Source: Octopus sinensis (lineage: Eukaryota). Taken from it: a stretch of DNA of 64,000 nt. Under the pieces are notes generated by a model, which searched no databases, was not told where the DNA came from, and saw only the letters and a list, made by a program, of their open reading frames with translations. Shown here piece after piece: positions 12,935-26,789 of the stretch. The position numbers and the translations under genes are program-made. The stretch covers positions 178,746,001 through 178,810,000 of the forward strand of contig NC_042997.1 of NCBI RefSeq assembly GCF_006345805.1, written 5' to 3'. Each line of letters begins with the position of its first letter. The stretch's first letter is position 1.

Positions 12935-12976
<42 letters not shown>

Positions 12977-13060
12977 TATACATAATACATATGTAAATTC
13001 ACATGTATATATATTATCCTTTGTTTTAAATTTAATCTTTTATGTGTCTGTTTATCTAAC

Positions 13061-13094
<34 letters not shown>

Positions 13095-13153
13095 TGTATG
13101 TATGTATGTATGTATGTATGTATGTATATAAATATATATATATATATAATTGT

Positions 13154-13621
13154 TAAAGAGGACAACAAACGTTAAGGCAAGACAAACATCTTAAGTCATA
13201 TACGTTATTACTATTGGAAAAATTCAAAGTCTTACGGCTGTTTCTGGGATATGCCAGAGTATAGCATATTCCGTCATCAGAGAAAAATAGGGAGAACGAG
13301 AAGGGTAGAGATTAATGAAATGACGACACAGAGGACAGGCGAAATGGAATAAGGAGATGAAGAAAGAGAAGAAAAAGAAGCATAAAAGTTCACAGTTCAA
13401 CTTTCTTCTCTTTCTTCATCTTCTTATTGCTTTTTTCCTCTCCTCTGCGTCGTCATTTCATTAATCTACACCCTTATCATTTTCCCTATTTTTCTCCGAT
13501 ACGGAATATCCCATACTATGGGATATCCCAGAAACAGATGTAAGACTTTGACTTTTTCCAATAATAATAATGTATATGACTTAAGATGTTTGTCTTGCCT
13601 TAACATTTGCAGTCGTCTTTA
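13154..13621. repeat. Fold-back element, arms ~13154-13376 and ~13402-13621, each with a hammerhead-like motif
   Basis: The arms are clear reverse complements with scattered mismatches. Confidence 0.9.
13230..13283 (-). ncRNA. Minimal type I hammerhead-like motif
   Basis: UCU-CUGAUGA-[stem II]-GAAA-CAGCCG-UA-AGA. Intact core, GUA cleavage triplet, 3-bp stem I; stem III has a mismatch and the stem II base is imperfect. Confidence 0.5.
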
Positions 13622-13760
13622 TATATATCCGCTATATCGGAAACCTACAGTGGCTCCATAACTACCGTCTCAGGTATAACCTTGGAAACCTGGTAATCCG
13701 TTACAGCAATCACCTAGCGTATCTAGTCGTTTAAATTACCTGTGAATTAAACCTCCATAC

Positions 13761-13805
<45 letters not shown>

Positions 13806-13831
13806 TATATATATTATATATATATTATATA

Positions 13832-13901
<70 letters not shown>

Positions 13902-13980
13902 AAGAGAAGAACATGATTTCAACACCCATAAATGACAAGCAAATTCAGGAAACGTCCTTTCATTTTTTTAAAAACTAGAC

Positions 13981-14032
13981 CCCGGGTGAAGCCGACCGCT
14001 GGTGCAGATCTCTGTGGTAGTAGCAAATATTC
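13981..14032 (+). pseudogene. 28S rRNA-like fragment
   Basis: CCCGGGTGAAGCCGACCGCTGGTGCAGATCTCTGTGGTAGTAGCAAATATTC closely follows the conserved LSU core CCCGGGTGGAGCCGCCGCAGGTGCAGATCTTGGTGGTAGTAGCAAATATTC. Confidence 0.75.
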
Positions 14033-14473
14033 GATGTCTGTTCGATCGTACCATAGTAAAAAAACAACTACATATCGGATAATTTAGTCCTGCATATATT
14101 ATATCTAAAATGAAAATGTAATTTTATAGGTAAAATACATGTTGAAGTTGTACGCAGTCGCAAGTGACCTGGATCTCTTTTACCCACTATATTTTTTATT
14201 GTACAGTTAGCTCTCCTAAAATTATTTTGAAATGTAGTAATGAATTAATTTAATGAAGACCATCGCAGTGACTTACAAGAACCACAGCTGTGTCTTTCTT
14301 TTCTTGAGGATTGTCAATGCCATATGTCCAACTTCACTGAAAGGAAATTCGTGCCCCTAAACATTGGAAATATTGAGTACATTCACGATATTGCGCAAGG
14401 TTGCCGGATTGTAGAGAAATTCGGTGTACGCAACACACAGAGTTTTTTATCCGTCCATCCATCCATCCATCCA

Positions 14474-14580
<107 letters not shown>

Positions 14581-14761
14581 TAGTCTGTCTGTCACTATAT
14601 CTGTCTATTCCATATTATTGTAAACGTGACTTGTTGAAGAAACTGACCTGAAATTTTTTTTAATATTTCTTATTTACATTCTTCATAGTTCATTCAGCCG
14701 CTGTTGCTCTTTCTAAACTTTGTATTTTCCGTTGAACTTTATTCATTCATTCATTCATTCA

Positions 14762-14801
<40 letters not shown>

Positions 14802-15279
14802 AATTGTTAAGAATATTTTCTGGATAAAAACAGAATACCGAAATCTACTGTAAATATGATTTTGGTTTCTTTCATAGTAAATAAGTGCAAAGTTTCATGA
14901 AAAAGAGAAGAAAAATAGAAATAAATTGAAACACTGAGTGAGTGATTTGGAAATGCATATTTTCATGGCATTAATGGAAGGAAGAAAGAAAGAAGAATAA
15001 AAAGGCAGTAAAAATGAAACGGAAATTAAATCATGCGACGTTACCACTATTTTCACTGCCATCCCCATTCAACAATATCATAATGTCAACAATAACAGGA
15101 AAAATACTACAAAACAGGTACTGGTAAACACATCACCACTATCCCTTTCATCGACTCACGACACCATTCTTCTTCTCCTAAATGATTATCATCAGCAGTA
15201 TCATTATTATTATCAATCATCAACATTTTCCTCATAATAATTATCACCGATGACAAAAAGCATCGTCTTTGTCATCAGT

Positions 15280-15660
15280 TTCGCCGCCAACACCACTACT
15301 CCATAACTATCACCGCCATCATCTCCACTACCATCCAAAATATTTTCATCATTGCTGCAAGCAGCAGCACCTCCAACAAAACCACCTTCGCTGCCTAGAC
15401 GACGAGCACGACCACCACCCTCAGCACCAGGACCATCACCACCATCACCACCACCACCACCACCACCACCATCACCACCACCACCATCACCACCACCACC
15501 ACCATCACTACTACCACCAGCACCCGCAGCAGCACCACCAGCACCACCAGCAACAACACCAGCACCACCACCACAACCACCATCATCATCATCAGAATTA
15601 TTACCTGCCGCAAAACCATCGTCATGATTGACTTCGTTATTATTATCATCATCATTTCCA
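15280..15660. repeat. (CAC)n/(CAT)n/(CAG)n trinucleotide low-complexity tract
   Basis: Source of the poly-His and poly-Pro ORF artefacts. Confidence 0.9.
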
Positions 15661-17714
15661 TCACAGACCTCATCTGTAATTCTCTATCGGAATAAAAAGA
15701 TGAAGCTATTTGCATTTAATAGAGAAGTTAAGCGCGATAAGACGAACTCCCTGGTGATGCTGCCGTGATAAAACATTGCGGTTCCTTTTCTCACTGTTCA
15801 AGGTGGGAGATCTAACACGCCGTCTGGTTTAGCACGAATAGCTATTCCCTAATCCGTAACGACTTGAGATAAGCATTTGGGACCGTACATCTGTCACATA
15901 TTTTTTCTGTTAACATTTATCAAGAAGTGTTCATATTGATTATCAGGTGTATTACTCCCATAGGAAAAGAATGATCGAGGTTTTACTATCGTTGACGTTG
16001 TAACTTCCTCAAAGCTGTTGTTACTCCCAATTCTTTTCTTGATACGCACTTACTACATATAAAGTAACTCAGTATATTTATGTGCAAAATATCACTTCAG
16101 CTGTAGCGCAAAATTGAAGCCAAGCCGTGCTAAAGTAGAAGTATTAACATTTTTTTGTCACCATAACATACAAATCTACTTGTTGTTGAGTGTACTTCTA
16201 TCTTCCCAACACAAAGTGACCAGAGAGCTTCGAAATTCTGTCAAGATAAATACAGTATGTGTACAGACTGCTAGAATCTGCTGTACAATTTTCAGGCTGT
16301 GCATGGAAATATTTTCCGCTACCCAGTTAGAAGTACCGATACGGTGAATCTTAGTATTTCAAGTAATGTGTGAATAATCCACAGAATGGAATTGTCTCTC
16401 ACTATGCCATCTGACCATAATGTGGTAGAATTACTAATGCATGGATCAAGGAATATTGGACCAGGAATTTTTAAGACAAATGCACGATCCGGTGAAAACG
16501 GATATTCTGTTGATGATATTCTGTTTTAAAAGAATATCATCCTGTAAAAATAACGGTCTTCATGAATGAAGAAATTGGTTTCCATATCGGTTAAATGAAT
16601 AAAAAAAACCCCAGATAAGTGAAAAGACATTATCACCTAGCCTAAAATGACACTCATGGGCATTGGAGTATATTAATACTAGGAAAAGAAGTGAGCAGTA
16701 AAACAACTCTGCGTAGTAGAAAAAAGAATCATTAAGCCTGAACCTTTCTAAAGATTCTGAGCATCTTCCTCGCTTTTACAAGAATAAAGTAATAGTTTAG
16801 GAAAAACAAGTCTTAAGTCGCGTACTGTCAGCATACCATAGCACGATAAGCGAAACATTTAACAAACAATTCAAAGATATTTTTACCATCTCTTTAATAA
16901 AATGGATCTCCGTCAAATTCGGCGACGAGTATTCACTATTCCGATAAATTGAATAATGTTCTCATTGAATTAGTAACTGAATATTCCACAGACAAATGTA
17001 TGTACGTATGTAACAAGGTCTATCCATCTATCCATCTATCTATCTATCTATCTATCTATCTATTTTTTCCTTTCCCTTCCCCCCTTTTTTAAAAATGTTA
17101 TTCCCCCCTTTTTTTGTCCTCTTTCTTTCCCTTTACGATCCCTTTTGATCGAAAACCAAACCCCCTTTTTTTACCCCCAAAAGAAAAGCTCTACCTTGTA
17201 ATTTGTCCTGTCTGTGTGCAGCCCTGTGTGGCTAATAAAGAAACATATCTATCTATCTATCTATCTAGTCCCTATCTATTAAAAGCTATTTTTACGTGGT
17301 ACCATATACATATTACTGTTTGAAAACGATAAATAAGTAAATAATTGCTTATGTACAACGTATGTAACAAAAATAGACCGAAATTATGCTCTAATAATAA
17401 TAATAGTAATAATAACATGGCATAAGGGTGTCGGTAGAGTATGAAAACAAATCTCAAGTAATTTTATTACTACGCTATTTCACTTGATATAGATTTTCCT
17501 TTCTCGATTTCTTGCAATATTTTCGTGTTTTTTAGATATTTGTTTTTTATCATTCTTTTATCACATGCACCATACATGCATTTAGGTGCAGCAAAGAATC
17601 TCCTTTCTGCCCAACGGCAATTGCTAGTGGTAATAGTAGTAGTAGTAGTAGGAGTGGTTATAATGAATATCAGAAAGGACTGTTATTATTATAATATATT
17701 TCACATTTCGCCTA

Positions 17715-17751
<37 letters not shown>

Positions 17752-18256
17752 TATTATTATTGTTGTTGTTGTTGCTGTAATTGTTGTTGTTGCTGTAATT
17801 GTTGTTGTTGTTTTGTTGTTCTTATTATTATTATTATCACCATCATCATCACTGTTATTATTTGTCTCAGATTTTTATTCTTCTGCTGTACCTTTGGCGA
17901 TATAGACATGTTTGGCAATATATATGCGTGCATATCCGTATGCATATACCCTCACACACATACGTGTACATATATTTATGTTTCGTTTGTGTGCGTGTTT
18001 GTGCACGTTTGTTTTCTTTATTTTTTCATTTCATTTCTCGTTATTTTTATTCTTAAAGGATGGTGAAATGATATTTTTACACACACAACTTCATGTATTA
18101 TTACACTTACGTATAGACACACAGAGGATCATACACACCTGTATACACACACATGTATATATTTGTACACATACTCATAAGTATATGTATGAATATGTTT
18201 ACACACACAGGCACATATATATTTCTCTCTCTATTATATGTGTGTGTGTGTGTATT

Positions 18257-18330
<74 letters not shown>

Positions 18331-18462
18331 GTATATATATTATATGCATTTATATACATACCTATATATACATGCATATATACTTATACATATATAAGAT
18401 AAATTTACTTGGAAATGGATGCGTAGCGTTCAATCATATAATAATATAAATAATATATATAC

Positions 18463-18499
<37 letters not shown>

Positions 18500-18523
18500 T
18501 ACATACATGTACATACATATATA

Positions 18524-18846
18524 AGTACTAGCAAAACACCCCCCATCCAATAGAAGGTGCTGAGTTGTCAAACATTTAAACCAAATTTTCTCAAAACAAC
18601 TTGTCCGACCGTCTCATAAGCCTCCCCCTTGAGAAACACTCATTTAACCTAAATTTGAGACACCAGCAAAAGAAGAAATAAAGATAGACATTTTTTCTAT
18701 TCCAAAGGAAAACGATTTCCCACGGCTTTATCGATCGCATTCTCACCCTGATACCGTCGGTATCTACATATCAAATTTGAGCGCAATCGGGTGGAGGATG
18801 CCCGAGATCCTAGAAGCCACGCAGACAGACAGAACGGATTTTATAT

Positions 18847-18852
<6 letters not shown>
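18524..18852 (+). mobile_element. Non-autonomous Helitron/Helentron-like (Lep1/HINE-type) element
   Basis: Starts tactagc; 3' part catatcaaatttgagcgcaatcgg..cagacagacagaacggattttatata resembles the conserved end of such elements as I recall them. Confidence 0.45.
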
Positions 18853-18885
<33 letters not shown>

Positions 18886-19232
18886 TATATATATATTTAT
18901 GTGGTGTGTGTGTGTGTGTGTGTGTGTTGTGGTGTGTGTGTATGGATACAGGACGTCACAAAACGTAAACAACATGAAATATGAAAACAACATAAAATAA
19001 GATGACAAACTTGGGAAGGCGAAGAACGAGAGAGACAAACGGAAAACAAGATAAGTAACAAACATCTATTCCTTATTTCGAGCAATTAACGACAATACGA
19101 GGCTTCGAAAGTCAGTTGCTCCCCCGAACCAAAATATAATTTGGGATTTGCGGAGGGTCAAAGTTGGTAGCAAAAACAAGACGATGGAGACATACAACAT
19201 CTCAAACCATTTGTATGTGTTTGTTTCTTTGC

Positions 19233-19412
19233 TTGTCCCACCACCATCACTTGACAACCGATGTTGGTGTGTTTACGTCCCCGTAGCATGGTTCGGCAAA
19301 AATACTGATATATGAAGTAGTAAGTTTACAAACAATAAGGCCTAGGGTAGATTTGTTCGACTAAGGTAGTGGTCCAGCATGACCACCGTCAAATGCCTGA
19401 AACCAGTAAGAG
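19233..19412 (+). mobile_element. SINE family A-like 3' half (other fragments at ~5670-5840, 41025-41160, 50160-50217, 54215-54280)
   Basis: cttgacaaccgatgttggtgtgtttacgtccccgta...ccagcatgacc...gaaaccagtaaga. Confidence 0.75.
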
Positions 19413-19533
19413 AATATATATATATATATATATAATATATAAATATATATGTTTAAAAATATTTATATATTTATATATATGTTAATATATATATATATTT
19501 ATACAATAATAAATATTAGGGAATAAATCCAAA

Positions 19534-19706
19534 TTGACGTTTCTAAAAGTGGAAGGACGGCGAAGGACAGGGAGTGACAGAGAGGGATAGAGAGCGAAAG
19601 AGCGGTCTCTAATTTATTATAATATATATTTATATATATATATACATATTCATACATAGATACATATATATATATATAGTTATATATGTACACACATACA
19701 CACACG

Positions 19707-19762
<56 letters not shown>

Positions 19763-20035
19763 CATATATATGTGCGCGCGCCTCCGCGTCTATGTGTATA
19801 AAAATATATTGCTTCAAAGCGGAACGGTCGAAAGAACTAAAAGCAAATGGAGTAAAACAAAATCTAACGGGAAATGGAAGAATGAGTGAATAAACGGATA
19901 AGTGAAAAGCTGGAATTTAAATGGAATACCTTCCATGATACTCTGTGTTTCTACTCTCTCTCTCCGCTCTTTCGCTCTCTATCCCTCTCTGTCACTCCCT
20001 GTCTTTCGCCGTCCTTCCACTTTTAGAAACGTCAA
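19534..20035. repeat. 72-bp inverted repeat pair (19534-19605 / 19964-20035)
   Basis: One mismatch in 72 bp; ~360 bp spacer containing microsatellites. Confidence 0.9.
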
Positions 20036-20726
20036 CTGGTATTTATCAATTCGTAATTGAACTTGAAATTATATATACACACACATATATACACACACAC
20101 ATTGATATTATATAGATATATATATATATATATATATACACACGCACATATATACATATATTTACACACACCACACACATATATATATATATATATATAT
20201 ACATACTTAAACGCATATGAATATACATATATATATATATATACATACTTAAACGCATATGAATATACATATATATATATGATTGTATGCATATATATAT
20301 ATATATATATATCATAATTTATAAGTGTGCGTGTGTGCCTGTGTATGTGCTTCCGTGTGTAACAACCGAGGTTTGCCACCAAGAGCTTATGTTTTTTTTT
20401 CTTTGAAACTTTGTTAGAAGAGAAGGATTACCACGTGATTGACGTAATTTATAGTTCTGAGGCGTTGGATTTTGCAAGGATATATAACTCTGAAGCACTA
20501 TAAGGTTTTTCTTTTTTCTTTTTCTTTTGGTTTTCTCTAAGAGAAATATTGACGCAACTGAACTGAGCCGAAACAGTTCCACAAGGAGAAATTCTGGCAA
20601 ATGATATCCCGTAGTAAATCTACAGAGAATTGATATATCTACTACAAAGGCCATATGTTTTGTTGGAGTGGGGGACATTCGATTCAATCGAACACAGATC
20701 CTGACTGTCGTTTGTTTTATCGACCG

Positions 20727-20744
<18 letters not shown>

Positions 20745-20757
<13 letters not shown>

Positions 20758-21065
20758 TGGTGGATGCAACGGAAACTTTACCACCCAGCACTACTGGATA
20801 TGATGATTTGAAGTAGGAGATAAATAGACTGTAGTCATTGAAGAAGGTGAGCTTCGTACCTGTTGTTGTTGGAATTCTGGGGACTATAATTACAGAACTC
20901 TCAAACTGGATTGAAGAGATAGGAGTAAAATGCATCTACCGATAATAGTGTTTGCTTTGAAAAGCACGAATCTTCTGTAAAGTTCTTGCAATCTGAACGT
21001 AGTGTTACCTTAGCCTACTAGTGTCGACAGGCGACACTTAGTTGCATCCACCAGCAAAGGTGCTG
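20745..21065 (+). mobile_element. R4/Dong-like non-LTR retrotransposon 3' end, degraded
   Basis: Hand translation YDDLK*EINRL*SLKKVSFVPVVVGILGTI..LSNWIEEIG; followed by (AAC)(AAT)n. Confidence 0.65.
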
Positions 21066-21091
21066 TGTTAAACAACGACAACAACAACTAC

Positions 21092-21149
<58 letters not shown>

Positions 21150-21384
21150 TTAATAATAATAATAATAGCTTTTTCCTGATTTTGACATAATCGTCAATTT
21201 TGAGGGTGGTGGGAGGAACTCATTTACATAGACCCTAGTACTTGATTGTTGCTATATTTTATGAACCCGAAAAGATGAAAGGCAAAGTCGACCTTGGCAG
21301 AATTTGAACTTAAAACGTAAAGACGGACGAAATGCTGCTAACTATTTTGCCTGTTTGTACTGACGATTGTTCCAGTTAACCGCC

Positions 21385-21417
<33 letters not shown>

Positions 21418-21420
<3 letters not shown>

Positions 21421-21990
21421 TGCCCTGATGCAGTACCAGGCAGTGGCTCTCATGGCTTCTGATCTTAACTGATTGGAAGTGTTATCATGTACATTGTTTT
21501 GTCTTGGTATAAAAGATGGGCTACAGCAAATATTCTGCTCATACCACAGATTTCTTGTCAGTTGTTTGACCTTACCAGTTGAGCATGTCCCTTAGTGGCT
21601 GACGATATGTGCATCTCTGATCATGAGCAGAAGTAGTGGGGGAGCATCATAGCCATGTGTTGAGAGGGATTCTTTGGGGTTTGAATAGTTCACCTCTGGA
21701 AACATGGGTGGGTTCTTTTCAACATCCTTAAAAACACCCTTATTCAGGGACCTTTTGAGTGAGCGGGATGGTCTACTCAACCTGAAGAAATTCTACGGGC
21801 CGGCCCCCACCTGCAAGGTCATGTGCTGTTTATCTTGATATGAGATCACCATGTCGCGCACATATGGTTGTGATGATGTCCTGGTGTACCCTTATCAGAC
21901 GGGTAGTCATGAGGGTATATTGGGCTTCGTATATTTTACCTACCCAGTGTCACTTTGATGGCATGAACTGCTCTCTCACTCAATATAAAT
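21418..21990. repeat. ~570 bp unclassified interspersed element embedded in (AAT)n
   Basis: Complex, more GC-rich block flanked on both sides by AAT arrays; no recognisable coding or terminal motifs. Confidence 0.5.
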
Positions 21991-22200
21991 AATAATAATA
22001 ATGATGATGATAATAATAATAATAATAATAATAATAATATAATAATAATAATAATATAAAACAGGAACAGAACTATTGAGTTTAGTTTAATGGCCTACCA
22101 ATGTATACTATGAGTTTCTTTGCCCTAGGAGTCGGGAAGACACTCGGCAAGAAATGGAAGCAAATTTGAAAGAAGAAGAAAAAAAAGTAATAATAATAAC

Positions 22201-22243
<43 letters not shown>

Positions 22244-22923
22244 GCAACAAGAGCACTTGGAGAGCGCTAGTTATGAGGCCAAAACATCCCTCATAGTTTC
22301 GTCTGAATTCATCCAGTGGTCCATGAGTTATTTTGTTCACAGACAAACAAACTCGACTGAAAACAATACCTAGGCCTTCGCTAAGGCTGAGGTAATAATA
22401 ATAACAGTAAAAGTGGATTCTCCTTACCTACTCACAAGAATTCTATACGGACAACATGTGAATAACAAAGAAGTTGATATCATACTCTCTAAATAAAAGT
22501 TAGACACATGAAAACCTATTTTTGAAAAGCTAAAAATGACCAATATGTGGAAGAACATGTAACAGGCAAAGGAATCAAAAGAAGCTTTATCCCTAAGGAA
22601 TTATATGAGGTCTTGATTTTATGACTTTACTGAGCTTCGGAAACTAGAAAGAATCCCTCTTTATATTGTTAATTATTTGACAAATTGCACTGTAAGATAT
22701 AGTCCATCATCAACGCTTTCTCGAACCATCTAGATGGTTACCTAATGATTAAGAACAAAACACGATCCAATTACCGTCACCGAAAAAGAAAACAAAATCC
22801 ATTGAATGGGTCTTTACCTACTAGCTGGCTTAGCCTGCTAAAAATTGCAGCCAAGTAATTTTACAAATTATGCCCTCACGTTATGAGAAATGGGGAAATA
22901 TAGTTAATATATTCCTAGATAGT

Positions 22924-23165
22924 GGAGGCGTGTGGCTTAATGGTTAGGGTGTCAGCATCATGATCGTAAGATTGTTGTTTCAATTCCTGGACCGGACGAC
23001 GCGTTGTGTTCTTGAGCAAAACACTTCATTTCACGTTGCTTCAGTCCACACAGTTGGCAAAAATTAGTAACGCTGCGATGGACTGGCGTCCCGTCCAGCT
23101 GGGGTACACATACGTCATTGAAACCGGGAAACCGGGCCCATGAGTCTGGCTAGGCTTTAAAAGGG
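22924..23165 (+). mobile_element. SINE family D (tRNA head, Meta-like central domain)
   Basis: ggaggcgtgtggcttaatggttaggg..gtttcaattcc; core CTGCGATGGACTGGCGTCCCGTCCAG resembles MetaSINE cores as I recall them. Confidence 0.8.
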
Positions 23166-23516
23166 ATGAGAAAAGATTCATAGATAACGATATGAATATA
23201 TGGAGTTGAATGCTTTTGATAGTAAACCTGTTCGATGTGAGTTGACGTATTCTAGTCAAAACAACAACAGAAAATGAACAATAGATGATGTATCCAGTTA
23301 TCACCGCTTCTATTGTCAGTAGGCGATTCCAAATTTACACTCCCGCAGTATCATAGGGCATTCAATAATACAATGGAGAAAAAGGACAAGAAGCCAAGTA
23401 ATAACAAAAACAATTTAATGCATACACCATAGAAGAAGCGTATGCCCAAACTGCATGATAAGATCGATCCGCTCCTTCTTACATGAATGATATTGAATGA
23501 TGCAAAATTACATATT

Positions 23517-23938
23517 CTCTTTTACATGTTTCAGTCATGTGACTGCGGCCATGCTGGAGCACCGTTTTTAGTCGAGCAAATCGACCCCAGGACTTATTTT
23601 TTGTATGCTTAGTAATTACTCTATCGGACTCTTTCGCCGAACCAGTAAGTTACGTGGACGTAAACACACCAGCATCGGTTGTCTAGCGATGTTGGAGGGG
23701 GAGGGGATAAACACAGATATATACACACACATATACAAACATATATACACACACACACATATATATATATATATACATATATACGACGGGCTTCTTTCAG
23801 TTTCCGCCTACCAAATCCCCTCACAAGGCTTTGGTCGGCCCGAGGCTATAGTAGAAGACACATGCCAAAGGTGGCACGCAGTAGGACTGCACCCGGAACC
23901 ATGTGGCTGGTAAGCAAGCTACTTATCACACAGCCACT
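23517..23938 (-). mobile_element. SINE family A, near full length
   Basis: Reverse complement of the 4048 element. Confidence 0.9.
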
Positions 23939-24599
23939 AAAAAAAAAAAATGAAATGTGCCTTGATTTTCTATGCTGTCTCCAATGCCAGGATTATCAAA
24001 ATGCTGGTCGTGTACAATTTAATAAAAGTTGGTGAATTCTCCTCGAACACTTCAAAATATTTACAAATTTCAACTGAACAAACTACCTCATTCGACTGAT
24101 AAGTTAGAATAGAACAAAACATATTGCGATGTGTAATGAATCATTTTTATTTTAACTTAACGTATTATATAATATTCTTTACGACGTCTAATACATCTTC
24201 AATGTTTTCACACATAGCAGCTTTTCGGTTATAACTAGGTGTCAATAGTAGTATACGCACGCACAAAAACACTTATATATGTATTCACGTACGGTTAAAT
24301 ACATGCTTATCTCTCTCTCATTCTCTCTGCATATATATATATATATAATATATATATGTGTGTGTGTGTGTGTAGATACTAACATAAACATACACACATA
24401 AATGAGAGAAAGAGAGAAAGAGAGAGAGAGATTTTATCACGAAATAAATGTTAACATATATATTTAGCATAGTTTAAAGGTACAGTTGACCTTCCATTTT
24501 AAGAAATGGCCTTACAACATTCTACTCTCCTCCATGGCAATATAGAAAGTAATTTGTAACCCTTGCGCTCGCACACAAATGCACACATATAATCTATAA

Positions 24600-24966
24600 T
24601 CTCTCTCATTCTCTGTATGTATGTATATACATATATATATACATATATGTATATATATATATATTATGTATGTATATATATATATGTATATATATATGTA
24701 TGTATATATATATGTATGTATATATATATTGTATGTATATATATATGTATGTATATATATATATGTATCTATATACTATATATGTATGTATATAGATAAT
24801 ATATGATATATATATATTATTATATGTATACTATATTATATATATATATATATATATATGTAAAATATATGTATGTATATATATAATATATATATAATAT
24901 ATATATATAATATTATATATATATATATTATATAATATGTATATATATTATATATATATATAATAT

Positions 24967-25007
<41 letters not shown>

Positions 25008-25043
25008 GTTATATATATATATATATATTCTATGTATTTATAT

Positions 25044-25078
<35 letters not shown>

Positions 25079-25137
25079 ATATATATAGATATAATATATT
25101 ATAATATATAATATATATAATATATATATATATGTAT

Positions 25138-25172
<35 letters not shown>

Positions 25173-25256
25173 GTATATATATATATATGTATGTATAGAT
25201 ATATATATATATATGTATATATATATTGTATATTATATATATGTATGTATATTATG

Positions 25257-25287
<31 letters not shown>

Positions 25288-25974
25288 ATATATATGTATA
25301 TATATATATATATATATAATATATGTATGTATTATATATGTATATATATATATATATATGTATGTATATATATATGTATGTATAAATATATATATATATG
25401 TATGTATATATATATGTATGTATATATATATATATATGGTATGTAATAATATATATGTATGTATATTAGATAGTAGTATGTAGAAGATATATATATGTAT
25501 GTATATATATATTATATGTATGTATATATATAGTATGTATATATATATATATGATGTATGTATATATATATATGGTATGTATATATATATATGTATGTAT
25601 ATATATATATGTATGTATATACATATGTATGTATATATAATATATATATATATATATATATTATCTATGTGGTTTATATATATATATGTAGAATTTACAT
25701 AACCTAAATTATATATATATATGTATGTATCTATATATGATATGTGTATATATCTATTATATCTGTATTATATATATATATAGTATGTATATATATATAT
25801 GTATGTATTAGATATAATATGTATGTATGTATATATATATAGTATTTATATATCTATATATGTATCTATAATAATATATGTATATATATATATCTATGTA
25901 TATAATACTTAATAAATATATGATATATATTATATATATGTATATCTGTGCATATATATTAGATATATTTCTAT

Positions 25975-26026
<52 letters not shown>

Positions 26027-26227
26027 TATATGTATAGATATCTATATATATATATATGTATATATATATATTATATATATGTTATGATATATATATATAT
26101 ATATATATTATATTATATATATATGTATATAATTATTATATATAAATAATATATATATATATATATGTATTTATGTATCTACTATATATATATATGTAAT
26201 ATATATATATATATATATAGAATATTT

Positions 26228-26269
<42 letters not shown>

Positions 26270-26360
26270 TTATATATTATGTATAATATATATAATATAT
26301 ATCTATATATAATATATAATATATAATATAATATAATATATATATATATATATATAATAT
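24600..26360. repeat. ~1.75 kb degenerate (TA)n/(TATG)n tract
   Basis: Almost exclusively T, A and sparse G. Confidence 0.95.
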
Positions 26361-26789
26361 ATGTGTGTGTGGGTGTATACACAATTATACATGTGAAACG
26401 TGGGTGGACAAGTGGTTAGGCATGTTGCTCCCACGATCGTGTTTCTATTCCCACACCAGCTGCACGTTATATTCTTGAGAAAACATTTCATTTCACGTTG
26501 CTTCAGTTCACTCGGCTCCAAACAGGTAACACTGCGACGAGGTACCTCCTTCCGATCAAGGGAGATATTGGCCAACTCGCCTAACCAGCTGGGTTGCATG
26601 ATACGAAAGCTAAAACGCTGCAAAGTGCATGGTGACCGGCGAAGCAAAAACAACACGTGATAGTCTGGTGGACCACATGGTAGATGTATATATATATATA
26701 TATATACAGCACGGAATTTTGTCAGTGAACAGTCGCGGTTTCAAAGCGACGAAAATATTTTTACAAATTAAAATTAAATGTTGAAGTGA

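Noticed and set aside
14324-14420. Possible pogo/Tigger HTH fragment (…IAQGCRIVEKFGV…)
   Set aside because: Too short, and no TIR or further transposase sequence.
15269-15715. Poly-His / poly-Pro ORFs
   Set aside because: A (CAC)n tract is open in several frames on both strands; low-complexity artefact.
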